Positions 1-8,329 of a DNA stretch of 18,277 nucleotides are shown one piece after another. The DNA is from Methanobacteriota archaeon. GTDB lineage: Archaea; JAADCQ01; Methanopyri; Methanopyrales; Methanopyraceae. Position numbers and translations under genes: made by a program. Each line of letters begins with the position of its first letter. Positions within the stretch are counted from its first letter, which is position 1. The notes under the pieces are model-generated. The model saw nothing but the letters and a program-made list of their open reading frames with translations, did not search any database and was not told the origin of the DNA. The DNA lies in NCBI GenBank assembly GCA_027064305.1, contig JAMOPY010000035.1, forward strand, positions 1 to 18,277, written 5' to 3'.

Positions 1-19
1 CGGAAGGAGGTGAGGGTGG

Positions 20-817
20 ATGCGTCGGGCTGGCGCGGCGTTGGCGGTCCTGCTGCTGGCCCTGATCCCGCCGTACGTGGTGTACGGGACCCGGCCGGAG
101 GGGCCCGGGTACCCGACGGAGCTCTACGGGTTCCGGGTTAAGCTCGGTGACCCGAGCCTGGCGGTCGTGGACATCGTGCCCCGAAAGACGTTGCTCTGGA
201 AGCACGAGCTGCGGGTCGATCGTCCGGGCTGGTCGGTTCACCTCGTACCGGACTGGCCACCCGTCGTCCTCGTGCGCGCGGTGAGGATGGACGAGGAAGA
301 ACTAGCGGTGAGGAACCTGTGGGCGGTCGTCCTGCAGGAGGGCGCCGGGCGCATCTTCATGCCGGACGAGTTCGTGCGCGGGGGCGTGCCCGGGCTCATC
401 ACCGGGATCGCGGGTCAGGCGTGGGCGTGGAGGCACCTGAGGTGGGCCCGCGAGTACGGGGTGATCCACGGGCTACGAGGGTACGCGAGGAAGGTGGGTC
501 CCGAGCGGGTGAGCCGGGAGATCCTGAGGGAGTACGGGAGGGAGCCTTGGCGGGCCCTGGTGGACTTCTGCGAGATGATGCGGTGCAGCGACGTGGGGCG
601 CTTCCTGCGGTCCCGGCACCTGTCATTTCGGGACTTCCTAACCAGTCGGGATCCGAGGTTGGTGGCCGAGGTGCTGACGGTGCTGGACCTGGGCCGCCCG
701 GACCCGCGGGTGGCGAGGGAGAGGGTCCGCTACGTGCTGGACGCCCGGGCGTACCCGATCCCGAAAAGGGAGGAGGGGGCGTTGAGGGAGGCGGCGCGCC
801 GGCTGCTTCACGGGTGA
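20..817 (+). CDS. Hypothetical secreted or membrane-anchored protein, 265 aa
   Basis: Strong SD (ggaggtgagg) before ATG20; basic-then-hydrophobic N-terminus MRRAGAALAVLLLALIPP; no family recognised; overlaps the tfb stop by 10 nt (convergent). Confidence 0.7.
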   Translation: MRRAGAALAVLLLALIPPYVVYGTRPEGPGYPTELYGFRVKLGDPSLAVVDIVPRKTLLWKHELRVDRPGWSVHLVPDWPPVVLVRAVRMDEEELAVRNLWAVVLQEGAGRIFMPDEFVRGGVPGLITGIAGQAWAWRHLRWAREYGVIHGLRGYARKVGPERVSREILREYGREPWRALVDFCEMMRCSDVGRFLRSRHLSFRDFLTSRDPRLVAEVLTVLDLGRPDPRVARERVRYVLDARAYPIPKREEGALREAARRLLHG

Positions 818-1731
818 AGGTCGATGCCCAGGGCCTCGCAGATCTCCTTGTACCGGTTGCGGATGGTGACCTCGGTTACCTTGGCCACCTCGGCGATCTC
901 CCGCTGCGTGCGGCGCTCGCCCTCGAGGATGCAGGCGATGTAGAGGGCCGCGGCGGCGATGCCGGCGGGACCCTTGCCCACGGTGATGCCTTTCTCCTTC
1001 GCCTTCTCGATGATCTCCTGGGCCTTGGCCTCCACCTCCTCGGAGACGTTCAGCTTGGACGCGAAGCGCGGTAGGTGGTCGGAGGGCTCGGTCGGGCGCT
1101 GGTGGAGGCCCAGCCGGCGCTGCAGGACCCGGTAGGCGCGGAGGATCTCGTTCTCGTCGGGCATGTTCAGCGCCTCGGCGATCTCCCGGGCCGTGCGCGG
1201 GTGCCGCGTGTCCTTGCAGGCGGCGAAGACGGCCGCGCCGAGCACGCTCTCGATCCCGCGCCCGCGCACGATCCCCTTCTCGTACGCCTTCCGGTAGATG
1301 GCGGCGGCCCGCTCCTTCGCGGGCTCGGGGAGCTGCAGCTTGGAGGCGAGCACCTCCAGCTCCTGGAACGCCTGCTGGAAGTTGCGCTCCCGGCTGCTGG
1401 CGGTCTTGATCCGGTTGTCCCACGTCCTCAGCCGCTGCATGTGGGGGTTCTTGCGACCCGAGGAGTCCCGAAGCTCCCGATCGATGATCGTGGATAGACC
1501 CTTGTCGGGAAGCCGCACCTTGGCAGGCTCTCCGGTCCTGGACCGACGCTGCCGCTGATCGGAGTTGAAGTGCCGCCACTCCGGGCCCGGGTCGATCACG
1601 GGCTCCTCGTGCACGAGCCCGCACTTCTCGCAGACGTACTCACCACGCTCCTCGTCGAAGACGATCTCCTGAGACCCGCAGGCCGGGCACACCATCTCCT
1701 CAACCTTCTCACCATCACCAGAATTAGGCAT
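808..1731 (-). CDS. tfb: Transcription initiation factor IIB (TFB)
   Basis: Zn ribbon CPACG...CEKCG, IDPGPEWR B-reader, two cyclin repeats, C-terminal HTH RTQREIAEVAKVTEVTIRNRYKE. Confidence 0.98.
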   Translation of the reverse strand: MPNSGDGEKVEEMVCPACGSQEIVFDEERGEYVCEKCGLVHEEPVIDPGPEWRHFNSDQRQRRSRTGEPAKVRLPDKGLSTIIDRELRDSSGRKNPHMQRLRTWDNRIKTASSRERNFQQAFQELEVLASKLQLPEPAKERAAAIYRKAYEKGIVRGRGIESVLGAAVFAACKDTRHPRTAREIAEALNMPDENEILRAYRVLQRRLGLHQRPTEPSDHLPRFASKLNVSEEVEAKAQEIIEKAKEKGITVGKGPAGIAAAALYIACILEGERRTQREIAEVAKVTEVTIRNRYKEICEALGIDLHP

Positions 1732-1746
1732 GGCCGGTACACCCCA

Positions 1747-2034
1747 TCACCTGCGCCGGGGTCTCGGTCGCCCGCGCCTCCTCCTTCTCGGGGGCCGGCG
1801 GCGGCGTCGGGGTGGGATGAACAGCTCCTGGCCCACGAACCGCTCCAACCGCTCCCGGGACTTGTCCCGGATCGCCACGTACGGGCGGTCGGCGGGCCCG
1901 AACACGTCCACGATGATGCCCACACGCTCCCGGCGGCGGGTCACCACGGGCGCGCCCAGCGGCGGCACCTCATCGGCCCGGGCGATCAGGTTGCCCCGCG
2001 GGGTCACGTGAAGGGCCTTCCCGAGCCTGCGCAT
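1747..2034 (-). CDS. gar1: Gar1/Naf1 family H/ACA RNP subunit, 95 aa
   Basis: MRRLGKALH...VGIIVDVFGPADRPYVAI signature with Arg-rich tail; ATG2034 preceded by SD ggaggcggtg; known gar1-tfb synteny. Real start is internal to the 1747..2292 ORF. Confidence 0.92.
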   Translation of the reverse strand: MRRLGKALHVTPRGNLIARADEVPPLGAPVVTRRRERVGIIVDVFGPADRPYVAIRDKSRERLERFVGQELFIPPRRRRRPPRRRRRGRPRPRRR

Positions 2035-2048
2035 GGTGACACCGCCTC

Positions 2049-2086
2049 CATACCGTATGTGGGCCGCTTCCCCTTTATCGTTTACG
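2049..2086 (-). promoter_or_regulatory. Putative gar1-tfb promoter region
   Basis: AT-rich GTAAACGATAAAG on the minus strand about 40 nt upstream of the gar1 ATG, plus a small inverted repeat CATAC-C-GTATG at 2049-2059. Confidence 0.4.
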
Positions 2087-2590
2087 TGTACACCCCCATC
2101 TAACGCGCTCCTGACGCGATCGCTTGCCGGCACACTCCGAACACACGTCGACTTTCTTGTTGCTCTTGAACCGCTTGCCACACAGTCTGCACCTGCACTC
2201 GTACAGCCGCGCCCGCTTCCCCTCCCGCCGCGCCATCCGCTCGATCCGGCTCGTTCGCTCCACCTCCCGCGCCAGGTAGAACCAACTGTCACCGAACACG
2301 TCCCGGCCGCGCATGATCACCTTCCGGGCCACGTCCAGGCCCTTCTCGTCCCCACGCATGGCCCTGACCATCGCGCTTAAGAACTGGCGTTCCCGGTACC
2401 GGTACAGGTCGATCGCGTCGTTCGGACACACGCGCACGCACTCGTCGCACGCGTCGCAGGCCTCCAGGTTCACGATCACCACCTCGTCACCCTTGACGTC
2501 CAACACCCCCCGCTCGCACGCCTCCACGCAGAGCGCGCAGGAGGCCCCCTCGCACCGCTCCCGGTCGATCTCGATTCTGCGGACCGCCAA
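2075..2590 (-). CDS. 2x[4Fe-4S] ferredoxin domain fused to a C-terminal Zn-ribbon-like domain
   Basis: CEGASCALCVEAC and CDACDECVRVCP cluster motifs; C-terminal CRLC...CSEC; TTG2590 with SD ggtgaggggg preferred over GTG2599. Confidence 0.85.
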   Translation of the reverse strand: MAVRRIEIDRERCEGASCALCVEACERGVLDVKGDEVVIVNLEACDACDECVRVCPNDAIDLYRYRERQFLSAMVRAMRGDEKGLDVARKVIMRGRDVFGDSWFYLAREVERTSRIERMARREGKRARLYECRCRLCGKRFKSNKKVDVCSECAGKRSRQERVRWGCTRKR

Positions 2591-2616
2591 CCCCCTCACC
2601 CCGGGGAGGAAAGCGC

Positions 2617-3012
2617 TTGAACGTGCACGTTCACGAGCGGGAGGGGGACGTCGTGCTGGAGTTCTGTGGGGAGAAGGGGTGCATACAGGTTTCCGCTCGG
2701 GCCTTCTACACGGCGGTGACGATGAGCGGCGAGGACGCGATCAAGAAGACCAAGGAGCTCCTGACCAAGCCCTTCGAGCTGCTCGGGGAGGAGCCCCCGA
2801 GGCTCCGGGTCCGCCCGTCGAAGAAGCCGGAGGGAACGCTGCTGAACCCCTGGGTCCTCTCCTCCCACGACAACGTCGAGTTCCTCACGTTCGAGCTGGA
2901 CACGGGGGACGAGACTTTAAAGCTCTCCTTGGCGACGCCCAACCTCTCCAGGGAGGGCCCCTCCAGGGTGAAAAGGGTCCTGAGCCTGCTGAAGGACCGA
3001 CTCTCCCGGTGA
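2617..3012 (+). CDS. Hypothetical protein, 131 aa
   Basis: SD ggggagga before TTG; typical codon usage; fills the gap before the PhoU gene. Confidence 0.7.
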   Translation: MNVHVHEREGDVVLEFCGEKGCIQVSARAFYTAVTMSGEDAIKKTKELLTKPFELLGEEPPRLRVRPSKKPEGTLLNPWVLSSHDNVEFLTFELDTGDETLKLSLATPNLSREGPSRVKRVLSLLKDRLSR

Positions 3013-3031
3013 ACCCGGAGGTGAGACCGTC

Positions 3032-3961
3032 TTGTACCCCCGCGGAAGGAGGGCGACCCTGGCCGCGATCCTGCGCACGATCCTGAAGGACCGCCCCTCC
3101 ACGCAGAAGGAGATCGCCGAGAAGGTGGGCGTCTCACGCCGCTACGTAACGGAGCTCCTCCAGCCCCTGATAGAGAAGGGGGCGGTCTTCCGCACGTACG
3201 CCGTGGACATGACCAAGCTTCGCCGCCACTTCCCCGAGCTGCTCGAGGAGCTGGGCCGGCACATCCACGAGGACCTGGAGGCCCACCTGAGGAACGTCCG
3301 CCCCTACTTCGAGCGGATGATCGACCTGACGGAGTCCCAGGTGGAGCTCGCGATCCAGGCCGTCGAGCGCGACCCCGATCTGGCCCGCAAGATCGTTAGA
3401 ATGGACGAGGAGGTCAACCGGCTGGACGAGGAGATCCGACTCTACGTCCGCACCCTACCCACGTTCCAGCCGTCCGAGGAGGCGGGCAAGACCGCCGCGC
3501 TCCTCCTGGAAATCTCGCACTGCATCGAGCGGGTCGGGGACTACTCGTGCAACATCGCCGAGGTCGCGGACCGGATCGGCACGCTCTCCGACTTAGAGTG
3601 CTGGGACGACCTCAAGCGGGCGGCCGAGCGCGCCCGGTCCATGATCTCCACCGCGTACGACGCGTTCCTCTCCCTGTCTAAGGACCGCGTGAAGGAGGCG
3701 GCCGACCGGGTGTACCGGCTGGAGGAGGACGTTCACGACCTGATCGTCAAGGTCTGCGACGAGGCGATCCGGGAGGCCGAGGAGTCACCCTCCCGCTCCC
3801 GACACCTGTTCGCCGTCTCCCGTGTGACGAAGGACATCGAGCGGATCGCGGACAAGGCCGTCGACATCGTGGACTACACGCGAGAGCTGATCGAGGGACG
3901 ACCGCGCGACCTGACCCCGGAGCAGGAGGTGCGGGAGACCGTCCCGGCCGACACCGCGTGA
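3032..3961 (+). CDS. phoU: PhoU-family phosphate regulator with N-terminal HTH
   Basis: HTH TQKEIAEKVGVSRRYVTELL; two PhoU repeats (DEEVNRLDEE...IERVGDY; EEDVHDL...DIERIADKA); SD ggaggtga. Confidence 0.88.
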   Translation: MYPRGRRATLAAILRTILKDRPSTQKEIAEKVGVSRRYVTELLQPLIEKGAVFRTYAVDMTKLRRHFPELLEELGRHIHEDLEAHLRNVRPYFERMIDLTESQVELAIQAVERDPDLARKIVRMDEEVNRLDEEIRLYVRTLPTFQPSEEAGKTAALLLEISHCIERVGDYSCNIAEVADRIGTLSDLECWDDLKRAAERARSMISTAYDAFLSLSKDRVKEAADRVYRLEEDVHDLIVKVCDEAIREAEESPSRSRHLFAVSRVTKDIERIADKAVDIVDYTRELIEGRPRDLTPEQEVRETVPADTA

Positions 3962-3971
3962 CCCCTGTCAC

Positions 3972-3982
3972 AGCTTTAAGCC
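3972..3982 (+). promoter_or_regulatory. Putative TATA box of the argJ operon
   Basis: CTTTAAG in a GC-rich intergenic gap about 35 nt upstream of ATG4013. Confidence 0.5.
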
Positions 3983-4012
3983 CCTGACCCCGGGACCGAC
4001 CCGGGGCGCCCC

Positions 4013-5179
4013 ATGGAGGTCCCCTCGGGCTTCCTCCTCGGCGGGGTGAAGGAGGACGACGTCGGGGTAGGCCTGCTCTTCTCGGAGAAACCGTGCTCGG
4101 TGGCCGGCACGTTCACGCGCAACACCCTGCGCGCGGCCCCCGTCGAGTACTCCGAGGAGGTGTGCGCCCGCGGGCGGGCCCGCGGGGTCATCGTTAACAG
4201 CGGTCACGCGAACGCGCTCACCGGCGAGGAGGGAATGCAGGACGTGCTCCGGATGGCCGACGGGGCCTCCCGGCTGTTCGGCGTGCCCGACGACGAGGTC
4301 CTGGTTTGCTCGACCGGGGTCATCGGCGAGCGCCCGCCCGTGGACCGCATCCTCCGCCTGGCGGAGAAGGTCTGGGAGTCCGGGATGGGGGCCGACCCGG
4401 AGCACGTCCGCGCCTTCAACCGGGCCATCATGACGACGGACACCCGGGAGAAGCTCTCCTCGTACTCGGGCGACGGATGGTCCCTCCTCGGGGTGGCCAA
4501 GGGAGCCGGGATGATCCACCCGAACATGTCCACCATGCTCGCCTTCCTGATCACGGACGTCCGGGCCTCGCCCCGCGGGTTGGCCGCCACGCTGCGGGAG
4601 TCCGTGGAGGACACGTTCAACATGATCAGCGTGGACGGGGACGAGAGCACCAACGACACCGTCCTCCTGATGGCCAACGGGGCCTCCGGGCTCGAGCTGG
4701 GCAAGGACGTGCCGGAGTCGGAGTTCGAGGACGCTGTCCTGAACGTGTGCGAGGACCTGGCCCGCGAGATCGCCCGGGACGGCGAGGGATCGACCAAGCT
4801 GCTGGAGGTGGAGGTGCGCGGGGCGCGATCCAAGAAGGAGGCCCGCAGGGCCGCCCGCGCCGTGGTCTCCTCTAACCTGGTCAAGGCCGCCCTCTTCGGG
4901 GAGGACCCGAACTGGGGGAGGGTGGGGGCGGCGATCGGCGCCGCCCGGGTCGACGTGGATCCGGACTCCCTTAGGATCTCCTTCGAAAGCTCCAAAGGCC
5001 GCGTGGTGACCTACGACGGCGGACCCGTCGAGTTCGACGAGAGGAGGGCCGCCCGGGTCCTGTCGGACCGGGAGGTGCGGATCGTGGTGGACCTGGGCGC
5101 GGGGAGCGCGTCCGCCCGCGCCTGGGGGTGCGACCTGACCTACGAATACGTCAAGATCAACGCCGAATACCGCACGTAA
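4013..5179 (+). CDS. argJ: Ornithine acetyltransferase / N-acetylglutamate synthase ArgJ
   Basis: [33 protein letters not shown] (autocleavage Thr), [38 protein letters not shown]. Confidence 0.97.
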   Translation: MEVPSGFLLGGVKEDDVGVGLLFSEKPCSVAGTFTRNTLRAAPVEYSEEVCARGRARGVIVNSGHANALTGEEGMQDVLRMADGASRLFGVPDDEVLVCSTGVIGERPPVDRILRLAEKVWESGMGADPEHVRAFNRAIMTTDTREKLSSYSGDGWSLLGVAKGAGMIHPNMSTMLAFLITDVRASPRGLAATLRESVEDTFNMISVDGDESTNDTVLLMANGASGLELGKDVPESEFEDAVLNVCEDLAREIARDGEGSTKLLEVEVRGARSKKEARRAARAVVSSNLVKAALFGEDPNWGRVGAAIGAARVDVDPDSLRISFESSKGRVVTYDGGPVEFDERRAARVLSDREVRIVVDLGAGSASARAWGCDLTYEYVKINAEYRT

Positions 5180-5195
5180 CGGCGGGGCGGGCCGC

Positions 5196-6431
5196 GTGCC
5201 GGAGGAGGTCATCGAGCTCAAGGGCCACATCATTGACTCCCTGATCCTGTCCAAGGTGCTGGACACGATCATGGAGATGGGCGGGGACTTCGAGATCCTG
5301 GAGTTCGAGGTCGGGAAGCGCAAGACGGACCCCAGCTACGCCAGGATACTCGTGAAGGCGGACGACCCCGACCACCTCGGCGAGATCATCGCGGAGCTGA
5401 GGAAGTACGGGGCGGTGCCCGTCGAGTCGGACGAGGTGCGGGTGGAGCCGGCCCCCGATGACGGCGTCTGCCCGCGCGGCTTCTACACGACCACGAACCA
5501 CCGGACCTTCGTTAAGTTCGACGGTGAGTGGATCGAGGTGGAGAACATCGAGATGGACTGCGCGATCGTGATCTACCCGGAGGAGAGGCGGGCCGTGGCC
5601 AAGCCCATCCGGGAGGTGCGGAAGGGCGAGCTGGTCGTCGTCGGGGACCGGGGGATTAAGGTCAAGCCCCCGGAGCGTCCCCGGGGTCGAACCGGCATCT
5701 TCGGGTTCATGGGCAGCGACGTGTCCCCGGAGAAGCCCACCCCCACCCTGATCCGACGGATCGCCCGGGAGCTGGAGCGGCACCGGAGGGACGGTAAGAT
5801 CGTCGTGGTCGTGGGCCCGGCCGTCATCCACGCCGGGGCCCGGGATCACCTCGCCTGGATGATCAGGAACGGATACGTGGACGTTCTCTTCGCGGGCAAC
5901 GCCGTGGCCGTGCACGACGTGGAGGCGAGCCTGTTCGGGACCTCGCTGGGCGTGGACCTGGAGACGGGTGAGCCCGTGAAGGGTGGGCACAGCCACCACC
6001 TGTACGCCATCAACGAGATCCGCCGCGTGGGCGGGCTCAAGCGGGCCGTGGAGGAGGGAATCCTGAAGGACGGGATCATGTACGAGTGCATCGTGAACGA
6101 CGTGCCCTACGTCCTGGCCGGGTCCATCCGGGACGACGGGCCCATCCCGGACGTGATCACCGACGTGATGGAGGCGCAGAGGGAGATGCGGCGGCACCTG
6201 CGCGGGGCCACGCTCGTCCTCATGCTGGCCACGATGCTGCACTCGATCGCCACCGGAAACCTACTACCCTCCTGGGTGAAGACGATCTGCGTGGACGTCA
6301 ACCCGGCCGTGGTCACCAAGCTCATGGACCGGGGCACGGCGCAGGCGCTGGGCGTGGTCTCCGACGTCGGCGTGTTCCTGCCGGCGCTCGTGAAGGAGCT
6401 TAAGAGGATCCGGAGCGACGACGACGGGTAG
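5196..6431 (+). CDS. TIGR00300 family protein (AgrE/ArgZ C-terminal-type ornithine cyclodeaminase)
   Basis: [68 protein letters not shown] motifs. Confidence 0.9.
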   Translation: MPEEVIELKGHIIDSLILSKVLDTIMEMGGDFEILEFEVGKRKTDPSYARILVKADDPDHLGEIIAELRKYGAVPVESDEVRVEPAPDDGVCPRGFYTTTNHRTFVKFDGEWIEVENIEMDCAIVIYPEERRAVAKPIREVRKGELVVVGDRGIKVKPPERPRGRTGIFGFMGSDVSPEKPTPTLIRRIARELERHRRDGKIVVVVGPAVIHAGARDHLAWMIRNGYVDVLFAGNAVAVHDVEASLFGTSLGVDLETGEPVKGGHSHHLYAINEIRRVGGLKRAVEEGILKDGIMYECIVNDVPYVLAGSIRDDGPIPDVITDVMEAQREMRRHLRGATLVLMLATMLHSIATGNLLPSWVKTICVDVNPAVVTKLMDRGTAQALGVVSDVGVFLPALVKELKRIRSDDDG

Positions 6432-6687
6432 GACGGCCCGGGCCGGAGAACTCCTCCACACGCCGCTCGAGCAGCTCCTCCATCACCTTTTTAGCCTCTT
6501 TTAGCGCCTCCCTGGTGCCCCTAAACGCCAGTACGGTGGTTTTCATCCCACCCCGCTCCAGCTCCCGCTGCACGACTTTCACGTCGCACCGCCGCTCAAC
6601 CTCAGCGATGATATCAGCCGGGACCCCTAACGGGATGATCATATCATACTTCCTCGCCTTCTCCTCACCTCCTCCTTGCTCTCCCAC
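6400..6687 (-). CDS. Small hypothetical protein (about 80-95 aa)
   Basis: [14 protein letters not shown]...[20 protein letters not shown] reads as a folded alpha/beta protein; start uncertain (GTG6687 or ATG6642); convergent overlap with the TIGR00300 gene. Confidence 0.65.
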   Translation of the reverse strand: MGEQGGGEEKARKYDMIIPLGVPADIIAEVERRCDVKVVQRELERGGMKTTVLAFRGTREALKEAKKVMEELLERRVEEFSGPGRPTRRRRSGSS

Positions 6688-6715
6688 GCGGGCCCCCGCA
6701 GGGGGTGCGAGCGGG

Positions 6716-7681
6716 TTGGCGGAAAAAGGTAGCGGTGGCGGCGAGAAGAAGGAGGAGCGGGAGCGCGAGGACCGGATCACGGTGAAATCACGGCACTACG
6801 AGATGCCCTTCTCGCGCGGGGTCCTCGCCCGCTCCCTCACCGCCATCGGCATCGAGCCGCACAAAGCCTACGAGATCGCCCTAGAGATCAAGCGGGAGCT
6901 GCAGCGGGAGGGCGTCCGGGAGATCAGCACGGACGAGCTGGCCGACATCATCCGCCAGAAGCTCGAGGAGATCGACGAGTCCCTCGCGGAGCGATACGAG
7001 CTCTGGCGCCGGATCAAGAAGCGGGAGGAGCCCATCATCGTCCTGATCGGCGGCGCGTCCGGCGTGGGCACGTCCACGATCGCCGCCGAGGTCGGCCACC
7101 GACTCGGCATCACGAACGTGATCGGCACGGACGCCATCCGAGAGGTCATGCGCCGAGTGCTGGCCGAGGAGCTGTACCCGACCCTCTACGAGTCCTCCTA
7201 CACCGCCTGGAAGCGCCTCCGCTACAAGCCCGCCGAGGACCCCGTGATCACCGGCTTCCTCGACCACTCCGAGCCCGTCGTGGTCGGCATCGAGGGCGTC
7301 GTCAACCGCTCGATCAACGAGGGCATCCACGTGATCATCGAGGGCGTGCACATCGTCCCGCGCCTCATCAAGAAGGAGATCCTCAACTACCCCAACGTGT
7401 TCGCCTTCATGCTCGCCGTGGAGGACGAGGAGGCGCACAAGTGGCGCTTCTACGCGCGCTCCCGGGACACCAAGCTATCACGCCCGGCCGAGCGGTACCT
7501 GAAGTACTTCGAGGAGATCCGCAAGATCCACGACTTCCTCGTCGAGGACGCCGAGGACCACGACATCCCGGTGATCAACAACGAGCACATCGACGAGACC
7601 GTGGAGGAGATCGTGAGCTACATATCGTCCAAGTTGCTGAAGGGAGAGAAGGAGCTGGCGAAAAGCTCGTCCTGGTGGTGA
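6716..7681 (+). CDS. pgk2: 2-phosphoglycerate kinase (cDPG pathway) with N-terminal ATP-cone
   Basis: MPFSRGVLARSL ATP-cone; P-loop IGGASGVGTST; TDAIREVMR, LYESSY, IEGVH; TTG6716 with SD gggggtg. Confidence 0.93.
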   Translation: MAEKGSGGGEKKEEREREDRITVKSRHYEMPFSRGVLARSLTAIGIEPHKAYEIALEIKRELQREGVREISTDELADIIRQKLEEIDESLAERYELWRRIKKREEPIIVLIGGASGVGTSTIAAEVGHRLGITNVIGTDAIREVMRRVLAEELYPTLYESSYTAWKRLRYKPAEDPVITGFLDHSEPVVVGIEGVVNRSINEGIHVIIEGVHIVPRLIKKEILNYPNVFAFMLAVEDEEAHKWRFYARSRDTKLSRPAERYLKYFEEIRKIHDFLVEDAEDHDIPVINNEHIDETVEEIVSYISSKLLKGEKELAKSSSWW

Positions 7682-7685
7682 AAGC

Positions 7686-8120
7686 ATGCGCCTGACCGAG
7701 AAGCTCCAACGGTGCAAGGCCGAGGATCTCATGACGGAGGACCCGATCACCGCGTCCCCCAACGACGGTGTCATCGAGGCGTTCGAGATCATGATCAAGA
7801 ACGACGTGGGCGCCCTCCCGGTCACCGACAAGGAGGACCGCCTCCTCGGCCTCGTAACCCGAACCGACCTCGGGAGAGCCCTGCTGGAGGACCGGTACGA
7901 GCCTGGAACCACCGTGGAGGAGGTCATGGAGACGGACGTGGTGGTCGCGCGCCCGGACGACGACCTGATCACGGTCATCAAGAAGATGTGCTCCGCGCCC
8001 GAGGGCATCTACAACCAGCTGCCCGTCGTGGACGACGAACGACGCCTATTGGGCATCATCACGGACGGGGACCTCATCCGGTGGCTCGCCGACCGCGTGA
8101 AGAGGTTACGATCAGGGTGA
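7686..8120 (+). CDS. Tandem CBS-domain protein
   Basis: AEDLMT...ALPVTD...LLGLVTRTDL and VEEVM...LPVVDD...LLGIITDGDL; 4 nt after pgk2. Confidence 0.93.
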   Translation: MRLTEKLQRCKAEDLMTEDPITASPNDGVIEAFEIMIKNDVGALPVTDKEDRLLGLVTRTDLGRALLEDRYEPGTTVEEVMETDVVVARPDDDLITVIKKMCSAPEGIYNQLPVVDDERRLLGIITDGDLIRWLADRVKRLRSG

Positions 8121-8329
8121 GTGAGGAACCCCCGGAGGAGCTCCTGCGGCTGCTTCTCGACCACGGCGTCCGGGTCACCCGAGACGGGGACTCCGTGCTG
8201 ATTCAAGGCACCCGGGAGGACCTGCTGGAGGCGCTCCTTCACGTCCCACCGAAGCTGTCCCTATCCAGCCCGGAGATCGTGAAAAAGCTGTGGAGGGAAC
8301 TGGGCGCGGACCGACCGCGCCTGCGCTAG
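8117..8329 (+). CDS. Small hypothetical protein, 70 aa
   Basis: GTGA start/stop overlap with the CBS gene; MSEEPPEELLRLLLDHGVRVTRDGDSVLIQGTREDLLEALL; 3' part of ORF 7712..8329. Confidence 0.6.
   Translation: MSEEPPEELLRLLLDHGVRVTRDGDSVLIQGTREDLLEALLHVPPKLSLSSPEIVKKLWRELGADRPRLR

Noticed and set aside
1747-1815. Arg-rich repetitive stretch
   Set aside because: Ordinary basic tail of archaeal Gar1, not a DNA repeat.
2372-2384. 13-mer CGCGCTTAAGAAC repeated at 14284-14296
   Set aside because: Both copies are inside CDS, and several 13-mer matches are expected by chance in 18 kb.
6600-6655. Box C/D-like words on the minus strand (ATGATAT, CTGA twice)
   Set aside because: Spacing does not fit C-D'-C'-D, and the words are explained by YDMII/ADIIAE codons.
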